Shown piece by piece: positions 16,122-24,530 of a stretch of 64,000 nucleotides of DNA. The stretch is from contig JAKSBK010000148.1 in NCBI GenBank assembly GCA_022361155.1, positions 1,045 to 65,044 of the forward strand, in the 5' to 3' direction. The notes under the pieces were generated by a model. It had not been told where the DNA came from and did no database searches. It saw nothing but the letters and a program-made list of their open reading frames with translations. Origin of the DNA: Pseudomonadota bacterium. Its GTDB lineage: Bacteria; Myxococcota_A; Polyangia; Polyangiales; JAKSBK01. How positions within the stretch are numbered: position 1 is the first letter of the stretch; every line of letters starts with the position of its first letter. Both the position numbers and the translations under genes were made by a program.

Positions 16122-17861
16122 ATGTGTCTGCACCATACGAGAGCACGCGATCGGATCACATCGGTGTTGCCAAGGCCACACCAAACCATCGTGGTGGAAC
16201 GCACCGCGCTGGTCGCTGCTGCCGTCGTGCTGGCAGGGTGTGCGGGTGATCTCGAAGCCACGCAGGATCCCATGGGCGACCCGGCCACCACGCCCGGCGG
16301 CAGTAACCCGAGTCGCGATGGGGCGTTCGCGTTTTCGGAGGAAGCCTCCGGCCACGTTGTGGTGAGCGCCGATGCGAGCGACCGCATGCTGTGGCGCTAC
16401 CTCGATCTCGACCAGCGCAGGGCGCTCGAAGAAGGCAGTGCGGGCTGGGACCTGGCGTTCAAGCGTTACCGGGTGCTCAGCAACGGTGGAGTCAGCGGTC
16501 CCGGAGGGGTTCAAGTCGCAGCGCTCGTGGGCAAGAGCTTCGAGCAGGTCGAAAGGGCTCCCGACTCGGGCTGGAGCGTCGACCAACCCGATGGGCCGGA
16601 CGGCGACCAAGAGGTCGACAACGTCTTCACCAACGGGGTCGACACAGAAGGGACGGGTGCCTGGTACGCGTACGACCCGGCCACGCACGTGTTGACACCC
16701 GAGGACGTCACCTACGCCGTGGTTTCGACTCAGGGTCGCTTCTACAAGCTGCGCTTCGAGGACTACTACGACAGCGCGGGCACGCCCGGCCACCTGAGCT
16801 TTCGCTTCGCAGCCATCGACGCGCCCCCAAAGGGTGCTCCCGCAGTGCCGGGACAGCCCCCTCGGGCGCCCGCGATGCCCGCGGGCACGCCGACCGCGCC
16901 GGTCATGCCACCCGTTACGATACCGAGCGCTGCCCTGCGCGTCGACGCCTCGGACCGCATGAAGTGGGTCTACGTCGGTGTTCAAGACGGCCTCGTGGTG
17001 CCGAAGACCCCCGAGACCGACCTCGGTTGGGATCTGGCCCTGCGGCGCACCGGCATCCGCACCAATTCCGGCACCAGCGGGGCGGGGCTCGGTGGTGCCA
17101 AGGAGGACGACAGCATGCTCGCCTTCGCCGACGTCTCCGAAAGCTCGACGCTCGCGTTCGAGGTGGATGAAGTTGCCGGCGGTGCGTCCCCGGGCAGCAT
17201 GCCGGCGAGCAGCAATCCGGTTCTCGCGGACTGGTACGACTACGACGTCGCGACGCATCGAGTGAGCCCCAAGGAGCGCACCTTCTTGCTGCGCACGGCT
17301 GCGGGCCATTACGCCAAGCTCAGGGTCTGGGACTGGAAGGACGGCGTGTACAGCCTGTCGCTGGCTCCGGTCGAGCGCCGGGTGCAGATCGTCGAGCTCG
17401 AGCTGGACGCCTCCAAGCCGGACGCTTGGACGTACCTGAGCTTGCGGGACGCCAGACAGGTCGAGATCGCGGATCCAGCCCAAAGCGACCTCTGGGACCT
17501 CGCCCTGCGGCGCACCCAAATGCGTACCAACTCCGGCACAAGCGGTACGGGCAAGGGCGGGGCCGCGCAGGCGCACGTGATGATGATCGATGCCCTTGCG
17601 ATGCTGCCCTCCGCGGGCTGGCAGGCCGACCAAGAACGTCCTGCGAGCGATCCATCGGCACCACCGCAGAGCCTCAACCCGGTGCTCTCCGAGTGGTTTG
17701 ACTACGATGCGAGCACGCATCGCGTGACACCGCGCAAGGTGGTGTTCGCGCTACGCACTGCCGACGGTCACGGCGCGGCCGTACAGGTGCTCGGGTACCG
17801 CGACGGCGTCTACTCGCTGCGCATGGCCTTTGCAGGCCCGGGCAGCGGGAGCTTCCGATGA
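16122..17861 (+). CDS. HmuY-like lipoprotein with three tandem HmuY-type domains
   Basis: An RBS (aaggagg, 16107-16113) precedes ATG 16122. The lipobox is VLAGCAG. Three copies of the HmuY signature are present: WDLAFKRYRVLSNGGVSGPGG, WDLALRRTGIRTNSGTSGAGLGGA and WDLALRRTQMRTNSGTSGTGKGGA (compare P. gingivalis HmuY WDMALHRYDVRLNCGESGKGKGGA). Each is followed by a ...KLR(F/V)...DGVYSL strand motif. Confidence 0.85.
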   Translation: MCLHHTRARDRITSVLPRPHQTIVVERTALVAAAVVLAGCAGDLEATQDPMGDPATTPGGSNPSRDGAFAFSEEASGHVVVSADASDRMLWRYLDLDQRRALEEGSAGWDLAFKRYRVLSNGGVSGPGGVQVAALVGKSFEQVERAPDSGWSVDQPDGPDGDQEVDNVFTNGVDTEGTGAWYAYDPATHVLTPEDVTYAVVSTQGRFYKLRFEDYYDSAGTPGHLSFRFAAIDAPPKGAPAVPGQPPRAPAMPAGTPTAPVMPPVTIPSAALRVDASDRMKWVYVGVQDGLVVPKTPETDLGWDLALRRTGIRTNSGTSGAGLGGAKEDDSMLAFADVSESSTLAFEVDEVAGGASPGSMPASSNPVLADWYDYDVATHRVSPKERTFLLRTAAGHYAKLRVWDWKDGVYSLSLAPVERRVQIVELELDASKPDAWTYLSLRDARQVEIADPAQSDLWDLALRRTQMRTNSGTSGTGKGGAAQAHVMMIDALAMLPSAGWQADQERPASDPSAPPQSLNPVLSEWFDYDASTHRVTPRKVVFALRTADGHGAAVQVLGYRDGVYSLRMAFAGPGSGSFR

Positions 17862-19006
17862 TGTCGCTTTCAGACACGCAGCAGGCGCTGCATCCGGCCG
17901 AGGTCATGCCGCGCGAGCTCTACCAGCAGGTCAGGCCGCAGTTCTTGCAGGGCATGGTGGAGCTCAAGCGCCGGCGTCGCGTGGCGCTCGAGCCCTACGC
18001 CACCTTGGTGTTCGAGAATCGAGATACGGTGCTTTTCCAGATCCAGGAGGTGCTGCGCATAGCGCCTGATGCGAGCCCGGCGCGCGTGCGGCGCCAGATC
18101 GACGAATACGATCCGCTCGTGCCGCGTGCAGATGAGCTGCGGGCTACCCTGATGTTCGACGGCCAACCCGGAGACCAGAGCGCGTCGCGGGCATTACAGA
18201 TCGGCCGCGCGGGCGCGTTGAGCCTGCGCGTGGGCGACGCCGAGATTCAGGCACAACCGCTCGAGGACGAGCGAGAGGTGGCACACCCGGTTCAGTTCCT
18301 GCGTTTTGCTCTGACGCGCGAGATCGCGCGGGCACTCGATGACCCCGAATCAGCGGCCGCGCTGCATTTGCGAGCTCGCGACCACATCGCAAGCGCACCG
18401 CTCGCGCCCGAGACCCGCTCCGAGCTCTTGCAGGATTTGCAGCCATGCGCCGGCGTGGCTCGTTTGGCGGCGGTTCAGCGCAGGGAAGTCCATCCGCAAC
18501 GGGGGGAGCATGGCGCAACCGCGCAGGGCACGAGCTGTGGCGTCCGGATCCCTGGTCGTGGCACCGGTCCCGGCTCGACCCACGCTGGCCGCGCGCCCTG
18601 CTGGCCCGAGATCGTGCGTTCCGGAGCCATTACGGTGGACCTGCTAGGCTATCGGGCCTGGGTGGACGCGCACGAGGTCCATTTGACTCCGGCGGAGTTT
18701 CGGCTGCTGCGGGAACTGCTCGGCCATCCGGGCCAGGTGCGCTCGCGTCGCGAGCTGCTGCGCGATGCCTGGGACATCCGGGGAAACGTGGTCACCCGCA
18801 CGGTAGACACCCATGTTACGCGCCTGCGCGCGAAGTTGGGTCGTGCGGGAAGCAGCATCGAGTGCGTGCGGGGTGCAGGCTATCGCTACACCCAAGTACG
18901 GGACCTGGCACGCATTGGTCCTCCGGCCCGATTGGCCGATCCGCCCGCGCAAGTGGCTGCGGCCTCGTTTCGACGACCAGCGCGCACCAGGAGCAGACCG
19001 GCATGA
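17858..19006 (+). CDS. DUF3501-like domain fused to an OmpR/PhoB-type winged-helix DNA-binding domain
   Basis: The ATG overlaps the HmuY stop (ATGA at 17858-17861). The N-terminal ~190 aa read RELYQQVRPQFLQGMVELKRRRRVALEPYATLVFENRDTVLFQIQEVLRIA...IDEYDPLVPRADELRATLMF, matching my recollection of DUF3501 proteins. The C-terminal ~100 aa read LLGYRAWVDAHEVHLTPAEFRLLRELLGHPGQVRSRRELLRDAWDIRGNVVTRTVDTHVTRLRAKLGRAGSSIECVRGAGYRY, a canonical Trans_reg_C domain. No stop codon separates the two parts. Confidence 0.7.
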   Translation: MMSLSDTQQALHPAEVMPRELYQQVRPQFLQGMVELKRRRRVALEPYATLVFENRDTVLFQIQEVLRIAPDASPARVRRQIDEYDPLVPRADELRATLMFDGQPGDQSASRALQIGRAGALSLRVGDAEIQAQPLEDEREVAHPVQFLRFALTREIARALDDPESAAALHLRARDHIASAPLAPETRSELLQDLQPCAGVARLAAVQRREVHPQRGEHGATAQGTSCGVRIPGRGTGPGSTHAGRAPCWPEIVRSGAITVDLLGYRAWVDAHEVHLTPAEFRLLRELLGHPGQVRSRRELLRDAWDIRGNVVTRTVDTHVTRLRAKLGRAGSSIECVRGAGYRYTQVRDLARIGPPARLADPPAQVAAASFRRPARTRSRPA

Positions 19007-19275
19007 AACGCAACGACTCCAAACCCAATCACCCGCCTATGCGCCATGGTTGCCGGCAGACACGCCTCGCTCAAGGGGCAGTCGCCGCGGTGGACATGTG
19101 CGAGTGCGGCATGATTCAGCTGCACGTGGGCGCCATCACGCTGCGACTGGAGCCCCGGGCGCTGTCGGAGCTGCTGGCGACCTTGGGGCAGGCTGTTGCC
19201 GAGCACGATCGAACCAGCGCCAGCGAGCAGCCGGCGGCCGTTCCGTTTCGCCGACGGCACCGGGGCGAGGCATGA
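19003..19275 (+). CDS. small hypothetical protein (90 aa)
   Basis: The ATG overlaps the previous stop (ATGA at 19003-19006), suggesting translational coupling. It contains the Cys-rich motif CRQ...DMCECGMIQLHVGAITLRLEPRALSELLATLGQA. I recognise no family. Confidence 0.45.
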   Translation: MKRNDSKPNHPPMRHGCRQTRLAQGAVAAVDMCECGMIQLHVGAITLRLEPRALSELLATLGQAVAEHDRTSASEQPAAVPFRRRHRGEA

Positions 19276-19387
19276 GTCGCCGCCCGGCCATGCTGCCCCG
19301 CACGATCGAACGGCCCCCGGTCGCTCCGCCCCGGCGTTGCTGGCTGGGCTGGCCGCAGAACAAAGCAAACACAAAGGAAGCAAACCC

Positions 19388-19933
19388 ATGATCAATCCAG
19401 GAACCAAGTTGCCGGAGCTCACGGCCCCGGCTTGCGTCGGTGTGCAAGAGGGCAAGGAGTTCTCTACCTTCACGACGCGCAGCGTCGCAGGCAAGTGGCT
19501 GGTGCTGTACACGTACCCCAAGGACTTCACCTTCGTGTGTCCAACCGAGATTGTGGAGTTCGACCGGAACCTGCCCGCTTTCGACAAGCGTGACGCGCTG
19601 CTGGTGGGCGGTTCCACCGACAACGAATACGCCCATCTGGCGTGGAGGCGAAGCGACGAGGCGCTGCGGGGGCTTTCCCACCCGCTCATCCACATCTCTC
19701 CCGAGCTCGCGCAAGCGCTCGACATCGTGCATCCGAGCGCCGGGGTTGCGCTTCGCGCCACGATCATCAGCGACCCCGAAGGCGTCGTGCGTTTTGCGAG
19801 TGCCAATTACCTCAGCGTTGGCCGCAACGTCGAAGAAGTGCTGCGTGTGCTCGACGGCCTCCAAACGGGAGAGCTCACGGCCTGCAACTGGAGACCGGGA
19901 GAGGTCACGCTTTCCGGGAGCGGGACGCGATGA
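19388..19933 (+). CDS. ahpC: AhpC/Prx1-type 2-Cys peroxiredoxin
   Basis: The internal ATG 19388 is preceded by aaaggaag. Motifs: KWLVLYTYPKDFTFVCPTEIVEF (peroxidatic Cys), DNEYAHLAWRR, VALRATIISDPEGVVR, and LQTGELTACNWRPGE (resolving Cys region). Confidence 0.9.
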   Translation: MINPGTKLPELTAPACVGVQEGKEFSTFTTRSVAGKWLVLYTYPKDFTFVCPTEIVEFDRNLPAFDKRDALLVGGSTDNEYAHLAWRRSDEALRGLSHPLIHISPELAQALDIVHPSAGVALRATIISDPEGVVRFASANYLSVGRNVEEVLRVLDGLQTGELTACNWRPGEVTLSGSGTR

Positions 19934-19966
19934 GGCTGCGACGCCACCGCTGTTGCCGAAACCGCC

Positions 19967-20506
19967 ATGCACGTTGAGCCTGCTGCCGGACTCGAAGGGC
20001 AAGAAGCGTGTTGCCGTCGCTTGGCGGCACCCGACGTCTTGCGCGTCGTCCTGACGGTCGCCCTTGATCGCGCGGCTGCCGCTCGCTGCCTCGGCCTTAG
20101 CGCTGAGCAGGCCGAAACGCTCTGGTCTTCGAGCCTGTACCAGCTTCTCGCGCTGAGAGCCTCGCGATCGTCCATCGTCTGGCGGCGTTGCGCCCGTGCC
20201 CTCGATCGTTGGCTGGAACGTGTGCGCCGGCAGCACGGTCGTAGCCTCTCGCTCGAGCGTATGTTGGGCGAAGATCGCAAACTGCTCTCGGGAACCGAGC
20301 TTGCCGCTCTGTTGTGGGCTCTGGTGAGACAACAAAGCCCGGCAAGCGACCTGCTCGCGCGCCGGCTGGGTGCCGAGCTCGAGACGCTGGCCGAACGCCG
20401 TTTGGGTGAGCTAACGGATCTCCGGTTCGTCGCGGCCCGCTTGCCGGCAATGGGGCGCAAAATCGTAACAAAAAGGTGCCTTGACAACCCAATGTACCGG
20501 GCGTAG
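19967..20506 (+). CDS. hypothetical helical protein, possible HTH
   Basis: The ORF has a plausible amphipathic-helix composition. The segment LRVVLTVALDRAAAARCLGLSAEQAETLWSSSLYQLL loosely resembles a sigma70-region-4/HTH. Third-position GC is lower than in neighbouring genes, and there are competing antisense ORFs. Confidence 0.35.
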   Translation: MHVEPAAGLEGQEACCRRLAAPDVLRVVLTVALDRAAAARCLGLSAEQAETLWSSSLYQLLALRASRSSIVWRRCARALDRWLERVRRQHGRSLSLERMLGEDRKLLSGTELAALLWALVRQQSPASDLLARRLGAELETLAERRLGELTDLRFVAARLPAMGRKIVTKRCLDNPMYRA

Positions 20507-20789
20507 CAAGAAGGCGACGCTGCGTGCATTCGGGCACCGGCGGCAGCGGCCAGAGGCCACTCGTCCCCACCCCATTGTCGCGGCTGGCGCAGCCACCTGT
20601 GAGCTTACTTGCCAGGTGTTGTGTTCAGCAAGAGCCGCGGTCGGTGTACCGGGACCAGGCAAACGCCCAGCGCCCGTCATGGCGGCTGACTCGTGCGTTC
20701 CTTCGGGGCGTGCAGCCGGCTGCGTGGTGGAGCGGTGTCCCGGTGAGGAGCCACCGCCTTTGACGGCAAATGCCCTGGAGAGGAATCGA

Positions 20790-21515
20790 ATGAGCAGTCA
20801 ATCTAGAGAATTCAACAAGACGCGATGGATAACTGGGCTCTCGTGTTTGCTCGCGCTGGGCGTGTGCGGAGCATTCGCGGTGGGGACGGCACCGGTCAAA
20901 GCAGAGCAAGACTCCGAAGACGTTCTTGCCGGCACCAAGTGTTGGGTGCTGGATCCGGTCGTCGGCAAGGGGTCCTTCATGACCTTGACGTTCCTGCCCC
21001 TGAGCGATGAACAGGCCATCTTCAGCGGTCAAATCGTACGCACCGACGGCAAGAAGCCCGATCGCGTTTTGCAGGTTCTGGGCAGCGCGGGTACGCACAC
21101 GTTCGTCGGCGACGGGGGCGTGCAAATCGATCGGATCTTGTTCAATCTCAACTACGCGTTTTCCAAGACTGGGACCAAGCCGGCCAGGGCGTTTGCCGAG
21201 ACCGGCGCTGCGCTCCGTGGCCAATACGCCATGCGCATCAACCCCGTGGACGGGTCGGGCGTGTTCCAGGGCAACGATTTCGTGATCGACTGGAAGCCTC
21301 CACTGACCGGGCCTTCCGCCACCTACACGGCGGATAACCCCGCGAACGGCTACAGCGGCATCGCCAACAACTACCTGGGAGGCATTCGTTGCGATGGAAG
21401 CCTAGGCTTCGGTTTCGATAACTGCGGGACCGTGATTCCGCTCAACAACGCCGGTACGTTGAGGCTCGCCGGTAGCGACGCACAAGCCTGCGCCCAGGCC
21501 AATCCCTTCAACTGA
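20790..21515 (+). CDS. secreted hypothetical protein
   Basis: ATG 20790 is preceded by ggagagg. The signal peptide is MSSQSREFNKTRWITGLSCLLALGVCGAFAVGTAPVKA. The mature part is rich in Gly/Asn/Thr beta-type sequence with four Cys. I recognise no family. Confidence 0.6.
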   Translation: MSSQSREFNKTRWITGLSCLLALGVCGAFAVGTAPVKAEQDSEDVLAGTKCWVLDPVVGKGSFMTLTFLPLSDEQAIFSGQIVRTDGKKPDRVLQVLGSAGTHTFVGDGGVQIDRILFNLNYAFSKTGTKPARAFAETGAALRGQYAMRINPVDGSGVFQGNDFVIDWKPPLTGPSATYTADNPANGYSGIANNYLGGIRCDGSLGFGFDNCGTVIPLNNAGTLRLAGSDAQACAQANPFN

Positions 21516-21670
21516 GGCCCGGAGCCAACGCGCACGGGCACACCCGCCGGCACGGGTGCGGTCACGAGTCCCCGGTTTGTGATCCGGCGGGCTCGTGATC
21601 CCCGGGCGCCGGGAAGCCGGAGGCACGTAAGAACAGGAAGGATGGGCAGGGGGGAAAGAAGAAGGAATAC

Positions 21671-22651
21671 GTGCATTACGAGCCCCGCCCGGCGTCGCTT
21701 CGCGCCGCAGTGCCGTCCGACTCGACGGCAAGGCTCTGCGAGCGGCATCCCTTCGCGGTGATTCGCGCTGGCGCTGCTGCGAGCGCGGAGGAACTTTCTC
21801 AGCTGGCGCGAGCCATGGTGAGCGAGACCTTGCACGAGGTTGGGGCCGTGCTGTTTCGCAACTACCCGGTCGCATCCGAGAGCGACTTCGAGCGGGTAGC
21901 CGAGGATGTCACACCGGAGCTGCTCGAATACGACTACGCATCCACTCCGCGCACGCGCAGAACGGGCCGCATCTACACGTCGACCGAGTACCCGGCGCAC
22001 CAGCGTATCCCGCCGCACAACGAGATGTCGTACAGCACCAGCTGGCCCCGGGTTCTGTGGTTTTGTTGCCTGACGGCGGCCGGCCAGGGAGGCGCCACCA
22101 CCCTGGCCGACAGCCGTGAAGTCTACCTGAGGCTCGATCCCGGCCTTCGCCGGCGTTTCGAGGAGCGCAAGGTGCTCTACGTGCGCAACTACGGTACGGG
22201 CCTGGATCTGAGCTGGCAGCAAGCTTTCGCTACCGAGCAGCGCAGCAGCGTCGAGGCCTACTGCAGGCGCATGAACATGGCGCACGAGTGGAAGCCCGGC
22301 GGTGTGCTCGAGACCCGGCAGGTGTGTCAGGCCGTGGCGTCGCATCCAGTCAGTAGGGACCCCGTGTGGTTCAATCAAGCGCACCTCTTTCACGTGTCGC
22401 AGCTCGACCCGGAGGTTCGCGAAGCCTTGCTGGAGTCAGTAGCGCCGGAGGATCTGCCGCGTAACGCCTACTACGGCGACGGTGAGCCGCTCGAGGAAAG
22501 CGCGATAGCGGAGATTCGAGCGGCCTACGAGATGTGCAGTTTCGAATTCCCCTGGCAGGAGGGTGACGTGCTGCTGGTCGATAACGTTCGGGTCGCACAT
22601 GGCCGGGCGCCTTTTCGGGGCAAGCGCAGCGTGTTGGTGGCAATGGCCTGA
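21671..22651 (+). CDS. TauD/TfdA-family Fe(II)/2-oxoglutarate dioxygenase (SyrP/AsnO-like amino-acid beta-hydroxylase candidate)
   Basis: GAVLFRNYPV, RIYTSTEYPAHQRIPPHNEMSY (the H-x-D/E facial-triad region), GGATTLADSREVY, VWFNQAHLFH and WQEGDVLLVDNVRVAHGRAPF. It lies 18 nt upstream of the first NRPS gene. Confidence 0.85.
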   Translation: MHYEPRPASLRAAVPSDSTARLCERHPFAVIRAGAAASAEELSQLARAMVSETLHEVGAVLFRNYPVASESDFERVAEDVTPELLEYDYASTPRTRRTGRIYTSTEYPAHQRIPPHNEMSYSTSWPRVLWFCCLTAAGQGGATTLADSREVYLRLDPGLRRRFEERKVLYVRNYGTGLDLSWQQAFATEQRSSVEAYCRRMNMAHEWKPGGVLETRQVCQAVASHPVSRDPVWFNQAHLFHVSQLDPEVREALLESVAPEDLPRNAYYGDGEPLEESAIAEIRAAYEMCSFEFPWQEGDVLLVDNVRVAHGRAPFRGKRSVLVAMA

Positions 22652-22669
22652 GCGCCCCAGGATGATCAC

Positions 22670-24530
22670 GTGACCGGCGACGAGCAAGGGTACCGGCGGG
22701 GGCTGTCTTTGGCAGCGGGCTTCGATCCGCAGGCGAACATCGTTTCGGTGCTGCGAGCGAGAGCCGCCCGCGAGCCGGATCTGCCGGCCTATGTGCTCCT
22801 GGCCGACGGAGACAACGAGCAGCGGCGCCTGAGCTACCGGCAGCTGGACACGGGGGCCGCGCGGATCGCGGGTGCGCTGCAAGCGCGTGGCGCTGCCGGC
22901 GAAACCGTGCTGCTGCTGCACGACGACGGCCTGGATTTCCTGACTGCGTTCTTCGGCTGCCTGTACGCAGGCGCGATCGCGGTGCCTGCGTATCCACCGC
23001 GCAGGCGGCAGCTGCAGCTGCTGGGCGGGATCGTGGCAAGTGCCGACCCACGCCTGATCCTGACGAGCGCGAAGCGTCGCGATTCACTCCAGCGTCGGAC
23101 CAGCGAGCTGCCGATGTTTGCCAACCGGCACTGGCTGGCGTCGAACACGCTTCCGCGGTCGGAGCAGAGCGTGCCGGTGCCGAACGATCCGCCACCAGAG
23201 GCGGTCGCGTTCCTGCAGTACACTTCCGGCTCGACTTCCAGCCCCAAAGGCGTTGTGGTCACGCACGCCAGCTTGGCGGTCAACCTGCATGAGCTTCGTG
23301 TTTCGTTCGCGCATCCCGCTGGCGCGTGGATCGTTTCCTGGTTACCGCTCTACCACGATATGGGGCTGATCAGTGCAGCGCTGCTGGGCGTATACACCGG
23401 CTCACCGGTGGTGCTGATTCCGCCAGTGCGCTTCATCGAACGTCCGGTTCGTTGGCTGAGAGCGATCTCGCGCTACCGGGTGGCGCTGAGCGGCGCTCCG
23501 AATTTCGCATTCGATCTTTGTGTATCCGGGATTGACCCGGCCGAGCGCCAAGGACTCGACCTGCGCAGCTGGCGCTTGGCCTACAACGGCGCCGAACCCG
23601 TATTTGCAGACACGCTCGAGCGCTTTGCCGCGGCCTACGCTCCGTACGGTTTCTCGGCCAACGCGCTATGTCCGAGCTACGGCATGGCCGAGACGTGCGT
23701 ATTCGTTTCGTGCAGCAAGAACGCGCCCAAAGCGCTGACCGCCGGTTTCGACTCCGAGGCACTGGCGCGAGGCCGGGCTCGCCTCGTCAACCCCGCCAAC
23801 CCAGATAACCCGGATAGCCCTGACAGTTCCCACAAGCCTGACACCCGTAACAACCGGACCTCAAGCATTCCTGACACCCGTAACAACCGGACCTCAAGCA
23901 TTCGGCAGCTGGTGGGCTGCGGGCTGCCGCCGTTTGGCGAGCTCGCAATCGTGGATCCCGAGCGACGAACGGCTTGCGAGGACGGACGCATCGGAGAGAT
24001 CTGGCTGCGTGGAGCGAACGTATGCTCCGGGTACTGGAAGAATCCCGAGGCGACGGCGGAGACCTTTGGGGTAGCGCGTGCAGACGTTCCGGTCCAGAGC
24101 GGCGATCCGGGCCGAACCTACCTGCGTACCGGCGACCTGGGTTTCGTCCACCAGGGTCATGTCTTTCTGACGGGACGCAGCAAGGATCTGGTCATCGTCC
24201 GCGGGCGCAACTACTACCCGCAGGACCTCGAGCGCTGCGTCTGCGACGCGGCGCCCGAAATCAGGCCCAACGCCAGCGTGGCCTTCTCGTACGGTGATTC
24301 AAGCCACAAACAGCTGGTGCTGGTTTGCGAGCTCGAGCGCACCCAGGTACGCAAGGACCACGAACGGGTTTTTTTCAAGATCCGCCGGGCACTGAGCCAA
24401 ACGTTCGAGCTACAGCCGGATGCGATCGTGCTGATTCGACCGGGCGCGTTGCCGAGAACTTCCAGCGGTAAACTGCGCAGGCGCACCACCGGACAGCTCT
24501 GGTCGGAGGGCTCGCTCGACGTCGTCGAGC
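22670..24530 (+). other. fatty acyl-AMP ligase (FAAL) loading domain
   Basis: The motifs are FAAL-type rather than A-domain-type: AVPAYPPRRR, FLQYTSGSTSSPKGV, LPLYHDMGLI, GEIWLRGANVCSGYW, DLVIVRGRNYYPQDLE, SSGKLRR. It is followed directly by a carrier domain and a C domain. Confidence 0.85.

Noticed and set aside
21541-21558. Hairpin CACCCG-ccggca-CGGGTG after the secreted-protein gene, considered as an intrinsic terminator
   Set aside because: It has only a 6-bp stem and no downstream T tract. I found no convincing rho-independent terminator anywhere in the window.
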